64,000 nt of DNA from Octopus sinensis (lineage: Eukaryota): contig NC_043000.1 of assembly GCF_006345805.1 (NCBI RefSeq), positions 77,686,001 through 77,750,000 of the forward strand, given 5' to 3'. Position numbers and translations under genes: made by a program. The notes under the pieces were generated by a model, which was given only the letters and a program-made list of their open reading frames with translations, searched no databases and was not told the DNA's origin. Of the stretch, positions 13,176 through 28,558 are shown in pieces (the first letter of the stretch is position 1; every line of letters begins with the position of its first letter).

Positions 13176-14585
13176 TCATGCAAAGAGTTCAGGCCATTTC
13201 TGGTCAAGAGAGACTTTGAACCGAGCGGTCGTCAGCATCTTCACTATCTCGTCCGGCAGCTTATTCCACGGATCCGCAACCCTGACGGAGAAAGCCCCTC
13301 TCCTTCGATTGAGATGAAATCGTCGAAGATAGAGCTTTTCGGGGTGACCCCGCAGCCGACGCTCTGGAGCAGGAGTGAAGAACAGCTCTTTCGAGAGGTT
13401 ACACTTTTCGCTTATGATGTTGTGAGCGAGAATGAGATCACCACGGCGTCGTCGTTTTTCTAGAGAATAAAGGTCGAGCGTCTTCAGCTTTTCTTCATAA
13501 GACAAATGCTTGAGACCAAGAACCATGTGGGTAGCCAGCTTCTGGACTCTTTCGAGATGATTTATGTCTTTGAGGAGATAAGGAGAAGAGGCTTGAATCC
13601 CGTACTCCAATATGGGTCTCACCACCGTGACACAGAGCGGTAGGAATATGGCTGCTGTGAACATTCCGAATGACCGTCGAATCAAAAACAGAACTCCGCG
13701 TGCTTTGTTGGCAGCATGGACGCACTGGGCCGAAGGCGAAAAGGAAGAATCCACCAAGATACCCTGGTCCTTTACCTGGTCGGTCCTCTCCAGCAGCAGA
13801 CGACCCGGCTCGAAATCAAGTTGAGTTGCAGGAGAGGAGCCAACAAGCAGATGACAGCACTTTGACACGTTCAGACACAGGTCCCATTCGTTAGACCATC
13901 TCCAAACTTGGTGGAGGCATCGACGAAGATAATCTATATCATCGCGAGGAGCGACTAGTTTGACATCATCGGCAAATAGAAGGGTGTGTTGCGTGAGGTC
14001 GTCGGGCAAGTCATTTATGAAGACTAAAAACAATAAGGGCCCAAGCACTGAACCTTGAGGCACGCCACTGCTCGCACTGGAGACGTCGGACAGCGAACCA
14101 TTAACTTGGACTTGGAAGGGGCGATCTGAGAGGAAGGCACCAACCCATCGTACAATATCCGGATGGAAACTATATGCTTGAAGCTTGACAAGTAATAGGC
14201 GGTGGTTAACCGAGTCAAAAGCTTTGGCAAAGTCCAATAAAACGATGTCAACAGCATCACCATCATCCATGATACGCGTCACCAATTCTTCCATTACCAG
14301 TAAGTTGGTCAAGCATGATCTCTTCAGCACGAAGCCGTGTTGGGAATCAGAGATAGAGCCTGTGTTTTGGAGGTGGAGCAACATACTTTTATTAAGGATG
14401 GTTTCGAAAATCTTGCTGATTATTGAAGTAAGGGAAACCGGTCGGTAGTTAAGCGGGTCTTCGCGGCTCCCTTTCTTGAAAATTGGGCAGATTATCGCTG
14501 TTCTCCAGTCCGCCGGTATAACACCCGTCGCCAATGACATATTGAATAGAAGTGTTAAAGGTTCGCAGATGACCGGAGCCAACAC
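13176..14585 (-). CDS. CR1 ORF2 reverse transcriptase domain (C-terminal part, split from the endonuclease by an insertion)
   Basis: 469 aa with NYRPVSLTS, LDFAKAFDSV, GVPQGSVLGPLLF, LFADDVKL. Confidence 0.9.
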   Translation of the reverse strand: MLAPVICEPLTLLFNMSLATGVIPADWRTAIICPIFKKGSREDPLNYRPVSLTSIISKIFETILNKSMLLHLQNTGSISDSQHGFVLKRSCLTNLLVMEELVTRIMDDGDAVDIVLLDFAKAFDSVNHRLLLVKLQAYSFHPDIVRWVGAFLSDRPFQVQVNGSLSDVSSASSGVPQGSVLGPLLFLVFINDLPDDLTQHTLLFADDVKLVAPRDDIDYLRRCLHQVWRWSNEWDLCLNVSKCCHLLVGSSPATQLDFEPGRLLLERTDQVKDQGILVDSSFSPSAQCVHAANKARGVLFLIRRSFGMFTAAIFLPLCVTVVRPILEYGIQASSPYLLKDINHLERVQKLATHMVLGLKHLSYEEKLKTLDLYSLEKRRRRGDLILAHNIISEKCNLSKELFFTPAPERRLRGHPEKLYLRRFHLNRRRGAFSVRVADPWNKLPDEIVKMLTTARFKVSLDQKWPELFA

Positions 14586-14588
14586 TTT

Positions 14589-15091
14589 GATAATTTAGTT
14601 CATCATTACTCGGAATATTTTTGTCTAGACGTTCATTCAGGTTTACTTTCATTCTCTCTTAGAATTTCTTTTCACTGGAAGATTTGAACTGCCCGAAGCA
14701 TCTATCAAATCAACACCCAGTGACTGGTGCAGAACAGAGATGTTTTAATAGTGAAGTAATCATTTGCAGCTGAATGGCCTGGTCATACACACTGCACAAT
14801 GCTGAGAGCTCCCAAATATCTAATTCTCGGGTGGTTGTTCCCTGACCTACCGACTCGACTATTTATGGGTATAGTCAATTAAAGATATATTCTGGTCGTA
14901 CCTAGTAGTAACTTAATGAATCCAATGAGATGAAAGACAAATATATTCCCGGCGAGGTTCTGGCCTCGACAATGTGACCTCGACAGAACACAGAGAACGA
15001 ATAGAAATAATTAAAAAAAACCTACTGCGATATATTTTTAGTGTGCCACTCTGCAATCCTTGTACAAGCGTTCACATCACGGTGACTACTG
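14589..15091. repeat. 503-bp insertion copied from 11169-11672, interrupting CR1 ORF2
   Basis: Lies exactly between ...GLDVNKG and IIKVLAP... of ORF2. Confidence 0.92.
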
Positions 15092-16309
15092 ACCCTTGTT
15101 GACATCGAGGCCTTGAATAACGCGTTCGACTTCGTCCCGAGTGATGACCAATCTAGGCATTGGAGGTACCGATCTATCAAATGAAGGGGGTTCACGACCA
15201 TCATCTTGTTTGAAAATTGTTGAAAAAGCCTCGGCAAATAACTGACTCTGCTGATAAGGGTCCTCAATCAATACGCCTGTTGAGTCTACCAACGTTGCAA
15301 TTTGGTTGTTCAAGCGGGAATTCCGTTGGACATAGGCAAAGAAGGTTTTTGGATTGCGACTGGCGTTTGCCGCGATTCTGTATTCATATCTGAAGCGTTC
15401 TTCCTTTTCAATTTTCACGGCTCGGTCTCGTTGAGTTTTGTACACCTCAAAAGCTGCAGTCGAATTTAGATTTTTGAATTCAGCCCAAGCAATATCTCTG
15501 AGTCGAAGTTCTCGTTTAACCTTCTTCGTCACTGGGAAGATTACGTATGCTTTGAGGGACGACCATAGTTCATCAGCTGAGGACATCGTCATCAGGGATC
15601 GCCAGTCCAGAAGCGCAGAAGCCTCGGTTAGAATTTCAAGATTGATTGCAGAGAAGATTCTACGTGGCAGTGAAGTAGTTGTAGGCGTAGAAAAAGTTGT
15701 GTGCATGTCGAACTTCAGGACCGCGTGATCACTCTTGGCAAGAGGGTTGCACACAGATAAGCCTGACACTGACCTTGAATAGCAGGAGAATACAAGATCT
15801 AGCATAGATGGCTGCTGCCCAGACCGATGCCTTGTGGGAGATTCAACATGTTGCGATAGAAAACAATCTTCAGCCACGTCAAGAAGGGCCTGGCCGAACC
15901 GGGAAGATGATGTACAAATTGATACGGGCCAGTCGATCGTGAGAGCGTTGAAGTCTAATATCAAACATTCATGAGAAGATGAAACGAATCTTATCGCTTC
16001 GAGTAAATGAGCATCATCCTGGGGGTCGGCAAGAGGCGGCCTGTAGACAGCTAACACGGGCAGGCAAAACCCGAATAGGCTCAGCTTGCAATAGACGGCA
16101 TCGAATTTTGTTGTAGGTTGAGCATTAGTGGGTAGAATACCGCTGGACGGTTTGAGATCAGATTTAACATAAACGGCAACACCTCCACCTCGCCTTTTTT
16201 CTCTGTCACATCTGAAGAGGGCGTAGCCCTGTAGGTGGATTTCCGAGTCCTTTACTGCTGGTGTCAGCCAAGTCTCGGTGATAACTATCACATCTGGGGA
16301 ATCACGCAT
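15086..16309 (-). CDS. CR1 ORF2 apurinic-type endonuclease (APE) domain and linker
   Basis: PDVIVITETWL, GGGVAVYVK, AVYRPP, LDLVFS, SDHAVLKF motifs; the listed stop comes from the insertion. Confidence 0.88.
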   Translation of the reverse strand: MRDSPDVIVITETWLTPAVKDSEIHLQGYALFRCDREKRRGGGVAVYVKSDLKPSSGILPTNAQPTTKFDAVYCKLSLFGFCLPVLAVYRPPLADPQDDAHLLEAIRFVSSSHECLILDFNALTIDWPVSICTSSSRFGQALLDVAEDCFLSQHVESPTRHRSGQQPSMLDLVFSCYSRSVSGLSVCNPLAKSDHAVLKFDMHTTFSTPTTTSLPRRIFSAINLEILTEASALLDWRSLMTMSSADELWSSLKAYVIFPVTKKVKRELRLRDIAWAEFKNLNSTAAFEVYKTQRDRAVKIEKEERFRYEYRIAANASRNPKTFFAYVQRNSRLNNQIATLVDSTGVLIEDPYQQSQLFAEAFSTIFKQDDGREPPSFDRSVPPMPRLVITRDEVERVIQGLDVNKGQ

Positions 16310-17507
16310 GACCAGTGTAAATAATTCACTGAATTTTGGAAATAAGGAGCACGAGTTGGTATAGACGATGCTGAGCTGTGAAATTTGAGGGGCGGGAATT
16401 AGGGAACAAGCAGAATAAGGGGTATCAGAGATAGTATCACTTTCCCTATCAGCACTACAGTATGCGACCAGAGGTAGAACTTGATTATTTATCCATCTTG
16501 GATGCGTAAACCCTTCTCTCCCATCTGTTTTCTCATCTTCAGTTCGGATATCAGGTTTCTTCGACGAATTCTCTCTCTCAGTGAGTATTTCTAGCGAAAA
16601 CCCATATTGGGGTCCTCCCAGGCATGCTTCTGAGCTCTGTTCAGAAAGGTTGAAGCCTCCTGATCGGAGGAAAAGATTACTCTTGTTGGGCGTGGTCTAG
16701 TGTCTGAGGTTGAGTTCACTTGGAATCTTCCTAGCCGAGCAACCATATGGATACTGACAATTTCGTTGACATTTTCTCCAACTAAAACGGAAATAAAATT
16801 TATGTCATCTTTTGGTCGGTTTATGCCTGTATCACTGGTAGATTCAGCTTTACCATAAATGATTGCTGATCTTGAGTGGGAAAAATGGTCGTTCTGTTCT
16901 CTACTGTGAACTGCGGCATTTGATTCTTCATCGGATAAATTAGAAAGGGCGGTTCCTTAGCCATCAGACTTATGTAGGCCTTTGGGGTCGATCGGAATGG
17001 GTTTAGTGGTCATAACTTTCCCGCCTGGTTTGGAACTGCACTGCCTCTTCTTCGTTTTGGAGGAGCACCACTCCCCAGATGAACTCACATCAAGATCATT
17101 CAGAATTGGTTGAGCAATGGCATTGATGGGAAGAACAAAGGAGGGAGAATCCAAACAGATTTGATCTTGAGCAGGTTTCGCAGCTAAATCTGCCCCACTG
17201 GAGTTTTGACTACGTTTCTTCTTTTTGGGAGAACAATGGTCTTCAGGTGGGTTTGAGTCTACGCTCCTCAATTCAGGTTGGGGAACCTCCGGGACCGAAA
17301 TGGCAGATGAGGAAGAATCTGCACAGATACGGTCATGAGTGGAAACGACCGCCGGTTCTTTCGCCTTCTTTGGCCGCTTCGATTTTGATCCCTTCTGTTT
17401 GGAAGTTTTTAGGGAAGAAATCAAGGGTGGCTCTGCGTCAATAGGAGACTTTGAATGGGATCCAGTTTGTTTATTCTGTAAATCAGCAACAACAGACTTA
17501 ACAAAAC

Positions 17508-18090
17508 GTATTTGTACAAGTTGACTTCAAGTCTCACCCTGAGACCTCAAGAGACAAGTAAGTTCATGTTGGTGTTATGCCTAGGGTATCATATATTTGG
17601 TTTTGCAATAAGTATTGCTCTAGAGAATGTTTAAGAAAATATAAGAAAATTATGAGTTTGTTTTAAAATTTGAGATTACATAGACAGTATTTTACGTAAG
17701 ATATGGGCAGTTCCCATGAACACTATTCTTTGAGTTTCTGCCATTTTGGGGTTTCCTGGTATTTGAGCTAGGTAGGAATCAGCCCCATTCCTGTGGCACC
17801 TATGATAACAGGTATTGTTCTAGTATTCAGGTTCCACAGTTTGCTAATTTCTATTTCAATATCTTTATACTTGCTCAGTTTTTGGTAGGCCTTGACAGAT
17901 ACATTTATATCGATTGGGACAGTCATATCAATGAGGAGGCATGTTTTTTGTCTGAAGGAGTGATATGTGATCATTTTCAAGCACTAGAGGTTGTTTTTGT
18001 TCTCACCAGTTTTTATCATGGGGCAGGTCCAGGTTTCTGCAAATTACCCATCTCTATCATGCCTGTTGAGATACTCTGCAGGCGCAAGAA
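17508..18090 (-). mobile_element. R4/Dong-like LINE 3' fragment (continues at about 13069-13095 on the other side of the CR1)
   Basis: CLLIDMTVPIDINVSVKAYQKLSKYKDIEIEISKLWNL; 3'UTR matches 430-621. Confidence 0.85.
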
Positions 18091-18120
18091 GACATTATTA
18101 TTATTATTATTATTATTATT

Positions 18121-20263
18121 CAGTAGTTTTATTTTTATAACGTGCTTTCACTTCACTACCGAGCGCAGCTCTGTGCGCCTTAGGTATGTGCTGTGATTTG
18201 TTGTGATGCTCTGATGGTTATTGTATGGAAAGTGTTCTGCGTAGGATGTGTGCGGTGCCTAATAGTGCAATTTTCTGTATGTTATATGTGTTTGTAAGTC
18301 CTGGTGTTTTTGTTATGTATTTGTCTGAATATTTTTTTATCATGTCTAATGCACCTACTATGATAGGGATTGTTTCTGTTTTTAGATTCCACATTCTGGT
18401 TACCTCTATTTCCAGGTCTTTGTATTTTGAGAGTTTCTCTATTTCTTTTACAGACACGTTGTCATCTGCCGGTATTGGTACATCAATTAGAAAAAAATGT
18501 TTATCTTCATGATCTCTGACAACTATATCTGGCCTGTTGGCCTTAATTTCTCTATCTGTGTGTATCGGCATATCCCAGAGTATGGTTGCTTTCTCGTTTT
18601 CTGTGACGTTTTCTGGTGTGTGCCTATACCATCTTTTTTCTGTTGTTATTCCATAATGTTGGCATAGCTTCCAATGTATGTAGGTTCCAACTCTGTCATG
18701 TCTGTGAATATATTCCTTCTTAGCCAGGACTGGGCAGCTAGAGATAATATGATTTATTGTTTCTTGTCCATCACCACATATTCTGCAGTTACTTGTTATA
18801 TTTCTTTTCATTACATGTTTTTGGTAATTTCTGGTGGAGAGGCTTTGGTCTTGTGCTGCAATTAAAAATCCCTCTGTTTCTGCTTTGAGTCCTGAGCTTC
18901 TCAACCATTGCTGGGATTTTTCTTTGTCTATTTCTTTTGCGTTTAGTTTAGTCCAGTATTTACCATGAAGGGGCTTTTCTTGCCATCGTTTTATTATGGT
19001 TCGTTGCTGTTCTATTTTTAGTTTGGATTTCATTTGTTTTATAGCTTTTGTTGTTTCTTCATCTTCTTCTTCTTCTTCTTCTTCATATTTATTAGGTGGT
19101 ATGATTTCTTGTTTGTATTTGTCAGCTTCCTTAAATACTGAGAACAGTTTTTTGTTTTGCTCGTGTTTTGCCGCTATTTGTATCAGTTTTCCTTCCTTCT
19201 GAAGAAGATATTTTTGCAGTCCTATGGTGGTTATTTTATAGTAGTTTTCCAGTTGTATAAGGCCTCTACCACCTTCTATACGTTGTATATATAGTCTTTC
19301 TATGTCAGATTTTGGGTGATGCATCCTAGATCCTGTCATTATTTTTCTTGTTTTCCTATCTATTTTGGTCAGTTCATTTAGTGTCCAGTTAAGGATATTG
19401 TAGCTGTAACTTATAACTGGGACAGCTAAAGTGTTAATACCTATTATCTTGTTTTTAGCATTGGGCTCTGTTTTTAGTATTGATCTAACTCGTCTATAAT
19501 ATTCTTTTTTTATCTTCTCTTTCATTTGTGTGTGTTGTGTCTTATCTAGTTCATGGATTCCTAAGTATTTGTAAGTTTGGCTTTAGTCTAATTCTTTTAT
19601 TTCATTGATTTTATCTAGTGTGATGTTGCTACTCTTAGCTAGTTTTCCTCTTTTCATGGTTACTTTGGCGCATTTTTCTAATCCAAATTTCATATCTATT
19701 TCTTTGGTAAATCCATGAACTGTCTTTAATAGTGTTTCCAGCTGTTTGTCATTTGCAGCGTATAGTTTTAGGTCATCCATATATAAAAGGTGGCTGATCG
19801 TTTTGCCGTAACATTTATATCCGCATCCAGTTCTATTTAGCATATCAGATAGAGGTGACAGTGCCAAACAGAAAAGGAGTGGAGAGAGCGTGTCTCCCCT
19901 GGAATATTCCTCTTCTAATGGGGATGTCTTTGGTTTTCATGAGTCCCTCTTTTGTTTGGAGGTGTAGGACTGTTTGCCATTTATTCATAGAGTGCTCTAT
20001 GAATTTTATGATTGTTGGTGCTACTTTGTTAATGGCTAGTGTTTCGAGGATCCATGTGTGGGGGATGCTATTAAACGTCTTTTTGTAGTCAATCCAGGCC
20101 ATACTGAGGCCTTTCTTCTTTCTGTGGCTGTCTTCAGTTATGGCTTTATTAATCATTAGTTGATCTTTACAGCCATATGAGCCTTTGCGGCATCCTTTCT
20201 GCTCTTCTGGGAACAGTTTGTTTTCGTCCAGGTGCTTGTTCAACCTTTGCGATATCACTGCAA
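18121..20263 (-). mobile_element. R4/Dong-like LINE, 5'-truncated, RT + CCHC knuckle + RLE, frameshifted
   Basis: ORFs 19845-20258 (WIDYKKTFNSIPH, RGIFQG), 19583-19867 (HLLYMDDLKLY), 18218-19525 (CRICGDGQETINHIISSC, NRPDIVV, IDVPIP); (ATT)n on both sides. Confidence 0.92.
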
Positions 20264-22430
<2,167 letters not shown>

Positions 22431-22599
22431 TAATTTACACCGTTTGCAATACTTCTTTTACCCATTAGTCTCATTCTGAGGAAAGTGGAGATAAGGTGTC
22501 ACAACCAGCATCATTTTTATGGAGACATTATTTCTTGAGGGTTTTGTCTCAAAAGACTCAAAGAGGAGTCTGTATCCTTAAAATTTTACGTAGCTATCC

Positions 22600-22850
22600 T
22601 GCGTTGAATACCAATCCAGTACTCTGAAGGTTGAGTTTTGAATTTCGTTTTCTCTGGCGATTCCTGGTGATTCCTCTCCTTATTCTGTCTTTTGGGTCAA
22701 AGTGATGGACCCAGGTCTCATCTATGATTATTCTCTCCGAATAAAAGCTTCGTCTTCATCTATGTGGTGGTTGTGTAAGCGTTGGCAGATCTCCACATCA
22801 TTGAGATTTCATACGATGTAATGTGGCACACAATCGAGTTTTGAAAATAT
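22600..22850 (-). mobile_element. Mariner transposase fragment (decayed)
   Basis: Manual translation EICQRLHNHHIDEDEAFIRRII-DETWVHHFDPK; DETWVHH at 22702-22722. Confidence 0.65.
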
Positions 22851-23191
22851 TGCTGGTAGCACTATATATGCAAATTGTTTTCTTTGACTTTGGACTCTGA
22901 AATTGAATTGTATATTATTATGTGCTAAGTTTTCCATTGTAAATCTGTGACTGTAATATTCCAAATTATGCAGTGTTGCATACGCCTGCTTCACCGTATG
23001 TCTATTAAAAATCTGCTGGTGATTTCTAATTTCTCAGTCTCACTACGTAATTTTTTACTAGTATTATTTAATGACTTATTTCTTCAATATCTATACGTTT
23101 TGCTAAAATTAACAGTTAAAAATTTTTTTAATCGAAGTTTTAAATCAATTTATCGCAGTAGACAATAAGATAGTTATACGAGATGTTTTAT

Positions 23192-23609
23192 CTCTCTTAC
23201 TCTTTACTCTTTTACTTGTTTCAGTCATTTGACTGCGGCCATGCTGGAGCACCGCCTTTAGTCGAGCAAATCGACCCCAGGACTTATTCTTTGTAAGCCC
23301 AGTACTTATTCTATCGGTCTCTTTTACCGAACCGCTAAGTGACGGGGACGTAAACACACCAGCATCGGTTGTCAAGCAATGATTGGGGGACAAACACAGA
23401 CACACAAACATATACACACACATACATACACATATATACATATATGCGACAGGCTTCTTTCAGTTTCCATCTACCAAATCCATTCACAAGGCTTTGGTCG
23501 GCCCGAGGCTATAGCAGAAGACACTTGCCCAAGATGCCACACAGTGGGACTGAACCCGGAACCATGTGGTTGGTAAGCAAGCTACTTACCACACAGCCAC
23601 TCCTGCGCC
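23192..23609 (-). mobile_element. tRNA-derived SINE, near full length
   Basis: Complete head to tail, reverse complement of the family at 8953. Confidence 0.88.
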
Positions 23610-24571
23610 TATTTAGTTATGTGTATATTTATTCTCATTATTTACTTTTATTATTTGCTTTCTTCTTACACACAATTTTTTTGATCAGCTGAACTGAACT
23701 TGGGGTTTACGATCTAATATTTTTGTTTTAAATACTAATGAACTGATTGTAATAGAATCAACGTAAGTGAAATATGGTTTGATTTAACAGAATCATTGCG
23801 TTCATATCTGAGGGCACTTCACTTACTAATGCTACTGAAATAATATTGATGTTATGTAACATATCTAATATATATTATCTAATAATATTTTGGCAAGTAT
23901 CTACTGGTAAAGGAGAGATGAAATAATTATAGTATTATGCCATAAAGCGTGTTTAATCAATCCAATCTCATACACACACACGCCCCCCCCCCACACACAC
24001 ACGACTATGCGCGTGCATATGCTTCGGGGAAATGCCTTGCAATATTCCGGTTCTTTACGTTAGGAGTTCAAATTAAACAAAGGTCAACTTTGCCCTTCAT
24101 CCCCGCAGGATTAATAACATGGGGTACCGGGATCCACTCCAGTTCTAAGGCCTTTAACTGTAATTGAGTGTAACATATCTATTATTACCGATGAAAAAGA
24201 GCTGACAGTTGTAAGCCATATTTCAGCTATATATTTATTTTAATTATTACATCATGCAAAACCTATTAGATATTGCTTACGAACCTTTCTTAAGTGTGAT
24301 ATTTTTGTAAGGAAAACGCGGATACGGTCATTTTTATTGATTTATTTTTATAGGTGATTCATAAATAGCCACATTTTCGATCAGGAAAACCCTATATTAA
24401 TCGATGACTAAGCTTTCAATAAATGTATTTGTTAGACTTAGACTTTGAGCAAAATTCGAAATAGCTTCTATTAAATAATGACCCAAACAAGTTGTATAGT
24501 GTGTCACCACTGGGTGCATTATATGGATGAGAGCATAAAACGAAGTGTAAATAACAAATGTGCTGAGATTA

Positions 24572-24741
24572 GGCACAGGCAAAGCTGTGTGGTAAGAAGC
24601 TTGCTTCCCAACCACATGGCTCCGGGTTCAGTCCCACTGTGTGACACCTTGGTCAAGTGTCTTCTGCTATAGCACCGGGCCGACCACAGCCTTGTGAGTG
24701 GATTTGGTAGACAGAAGCCCGTCGTGTGTGTTTGTGTGTTT

Positions 24742-24786
<45 letters not shown>

Positions 24787-24965
24787 TATGTGTGTGTGTG
24801 TGAGTGTGTGAGTATGTTCGTGTGTCTGTGTTTATCCCTCTACCATCACTTGAAAACCAATGTTGGTGTGTTTACGTCCCCGTAATTTAGCGGTTCAGTA
24901 AAAGGGGCCAATAGAATAAGAATAAGTCCTGGGGCCGATTTGTTCGACTAAAGGTGGTGCTCCAG
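24572..24965 (+). mobile_element. tRNA-derived SINE
   Basis: Same family as 8953-9338. Confidence 0.82.
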
Positions 24966-25799
24966 AATTAGATTTGAAGAGTATATTTTATCTTGCTGTG
25001 TCTTGTAATAACAAAGACGGCGTTGGAAAGAAGATGCAGGTTCGAGTCTTTTGGTACGTTTGTGTTATTTTGATTCGTGTATAAATGTTTTGAAACTTTA
25101 TTTAAATGTAAATCATGCACCAATGCTTTTGACATTTTATTTATATTGTCATCCTTTCGGGGTCGATAAATTAAATACCAGTAAAACACTGTGGTCGTTG
25201 TAATCAACTAGTCCCTTCCCCCAAATTTCAGGTCTTCTACCTTTAGTAGAAAGGTTTTTTATTATTCATTTTGTTTATGTACAAGCATGTGTGTATTCAT
25301 CATTATTTTATTTATTCACTGTTAGCAAAATTGAACCATGTCTTTGACAATTCCAGTCTGTATTGATTATATGTTGTGTGTGACTTTTGGTTAACCCTGT
25401 ATTGTCACATACACATGCATACAACACACTCAGTCATTTTATTTAAATGAGAGGAGTTGCTCTTTCAAATATATCATGACGAACCTGAAACAGTCCTAGA
25501 GTAGAGAGGGCATGTCATTGACCTGGTCTTGGATGACGACGAAACTCTGCTTCAACACACGATTTCACACCAGGAACCTTGCAAACTAAATATAAAAATA
25601 AGATACATAGATAGGTAGACCTTGTGACAGACTGCCAGACAGACCCATCATCTTGCATTCTCTATGTCTCATGAGATTATGGATCTATACTTTCCAAGTA
25701 TCCCTCCAAGAAAGGCAAAAACGCTACAGAAACTCATGTGTTGTCCGTGATAGCTTATGAATTAACTTGTATGAGCAGAACAACTGTTTCTCGCGTGCG

Positions 25800-27290
25800 T
25801 ATGTATGCATACATACCCACACACTCGCATGCATCTCTACCCACATACATACACGCACACCTACTCACACACACACATACACACACACACACACATACCC
25901 GCACACACACACATACATACATACACACACATACCTACTTCAGACATACACACACACAGACATACACCCATACACTCACACTCACACGCATACACACACA
26001 CACATACACACGCACACGTACACATACACACACACACACACACACCTACATACATACATTACACTTGTACATACACACACTTACATTCATACACACACAC
26101 ACCTACACAGCCATACCCTCACTCAGACACACACACCTACCTACACACACACACAAACACACACAGACACACACCCATACATACATACATCTATACACAC
26201 AGGCCTACACACATACATACACACATACATAAACACACACACATACACATACACACACATACGCACACACACATATACTTATACACATGCACACACACAC
26301 ACATACATACATACACCCATACACATACACACACATACCTACATACTCCTATACGCACATACATACACACAGACATACACACATACACACTCACACAAAC
26401 ATACACACACACATACTTACACACACACTCGCCTGCACGCGCACACACATGCATGACAAACACCCATACACTCACATACGCACACACCAACATAAACACG
26501 CACACGCACACACACACCTACACTCCCACACACATACATACGCACCTACATACACACACGCACGCATACACACGCACACACACGCATACACACATACATT
26601 ACACACGTACACACACACCTACATACACATGCATACACACACACACAAACATGCACGGACACACCCAGACATACATACATACACCTATATACACACGCCC
26701 ACACACCTACATACACACACATACATACACACACATACACGGATACACCCATACATACTTACATACATACACCTATACACACACGCCTACACACCTACAT
26801 ACACACACATGCATACACACACACATGTACGCACATACACACACATATACGCACATACATATATACCCACACACATGCACACACACACATACGCACATGC
26901 ATGCATGCATGCACACGCGCACACCTACACGCATACACACACACACACGCACGTACACATACATACACACACACATACATACACCCATACACATACATGC
27001 ATCCTACACACACATACATACACACTCACACATACATACACACACACACACTCACTCACACACCTGTATGTACGCGCACACACATGCACATACACACACT
27101 TCCACACACCCACACGTACATACATACACACTCATACACATACACACACACACACACACACGGACATACATCTATGCACACACATATATACACACATACT
27201 CACATACATTCATCGGACACACTGACACCCAGACATACACACAGACACACTCACACATCCACACACATACATACTTACGCGCATACTCGC
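25800..27290. repeat. 1.5-kb cryptic (CA/TACA)-rich simple-sequence array
   Basis: Direct reading; produces spurious His/Thr-rich ORFs. Confidence 0.95.
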
Positions 27291-27329
27291 AGGCGCGCGC
27301 ACAAACGCGCTTGCGCCGGTTCGCGCACG

Positions 27330-28159
27330 CATACGCGCTGCATGCACCTCGCTCTTGGACCCGACGAGACCTCCCGCTCGTTCCTGGGACCGTCGCTTGT
27401 CGTTGGGTTTTCCCACGCCCGTCTCCGCGGGACCACTCTTCCATCTTCCCCTCAGCTGGAGTCCTTTTTCCTTAACCCCCCCTTTTTTTGTTACACACAC
27501 GCGCGCGCACACATATACACACCCACTCACACACACACATTGCTTAAATATATACATTACTCTTACACACATTCAATCTACTCGCCATTAATACTACCAC
27601 GACACTGGACACACACACACACTACTACTCAACACACGCTGGCACGCTACATACGCCCCCACCCCTTCCCCTCCCTCCCTTCCTCCTTCCTTCATTTTCT
27701 TACTACTGACCACTGTCTGCTATGCCTACTACTGTCTCGCCCTACCTCACACGCCTACACACAGACGCACACACTAACACATACATATATTTTTTGTTTT
27801 TTTATCTCGCCTCACACACACATACACACACGCACACGCACACACTCACACATACACACACATCTGTTGCGTTACCAACCCTGTCTCCACTCTTTTGGCT
27901 TTAAAAACCTACTTTGCTCTTGTTATCGTAAACTTCCGCCTTTCACCATGTGTAACTCGTAAACACCAGTCGTTTTTTTCTCCATCTCCTGTTGCCCGCT
28001 TTGGGATCTTTCTTTCCTCTCTCTTCCTTCTTTATGTTTCCGACGAAGAGCTCCGCTCGAAACGTCATACCTTCCTGCTTCCATATTTCCTGAGCGCCTA
28101 TTAATAATAATACTGTAATTGTTCCATTGTTGTTGTTTTTTTGTTTTCCCGTTTGGATT

Positions 28160-28165
<6 letters not shown>
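27330..28165 (+). mobile_element. Neptune-like PLE 3' fragment with terminal repeat (pLTR)
   Basis: 27340-27470 resembles the decayed end of the PLE GIY-YIG ORFs seen at 36850-36957; terminal repeat is similar to 35050-35325 and abuts (TA)n. Confidence 0.6.
28036..28070 (+). ncRNA. Minimal hammerhead ribozyme motif, degenerate (core CCGACGA)
   Basis: gttt-CCGACGA-A-GAGC/TCC/GCTC-GAAA-CGT-C-atac; U4 changed to C. Confidence 0.6.
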
Positions 28166-28204
<39 letters not shown>

Positions 28205-28461
28205 GTGTGTCTGTCTGTCTGTGTGAATCCCTAAAACTTGAGAACTACACAACCAATTTCATTCAAATTTTAGACATTCCTTACTTAGGGTCCATGTAGA
28301 GTCATGGGCAAAGAAAATGTTTAACGTCTTGCCTAGGGCGAGCCTACTGCAATATCATATCTTCTCCACTATTTCAGTCTTATGTGTTAAAAGTGAAACA
28401 AAAACATCTCTCTATTGTATGTATATGGATGTGTATATATATGGATGTATATATATACACA

Positions 28462-28558
<97 letters not shown>

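Larger units (their letters stand above)
13096..17507 (-). mobile_element. CR1-clade LINE, 5'-truncated, young, nested in a Dong-like 3'UTR
   Basis: APE and RT ORFs; ORF1-like remnant about 16400-17507 (RSAIIYGKAES...RPRPTRVIF); GTATTT TSD at 13090-13095 and 17508-17513; short AACTT-repeat tail. Confidence 0.9.

Noticed and set aside
25738-27962. Long His/Thr-rich ORFs up to 556 aa (also 33184-34846 and many Tyr/Ile or Val/Cys ORFs)
   Set aside because: They are translations of CA/TA/GT simple repeats, which lack stop codons in several frames; there is no protein-like complexity.
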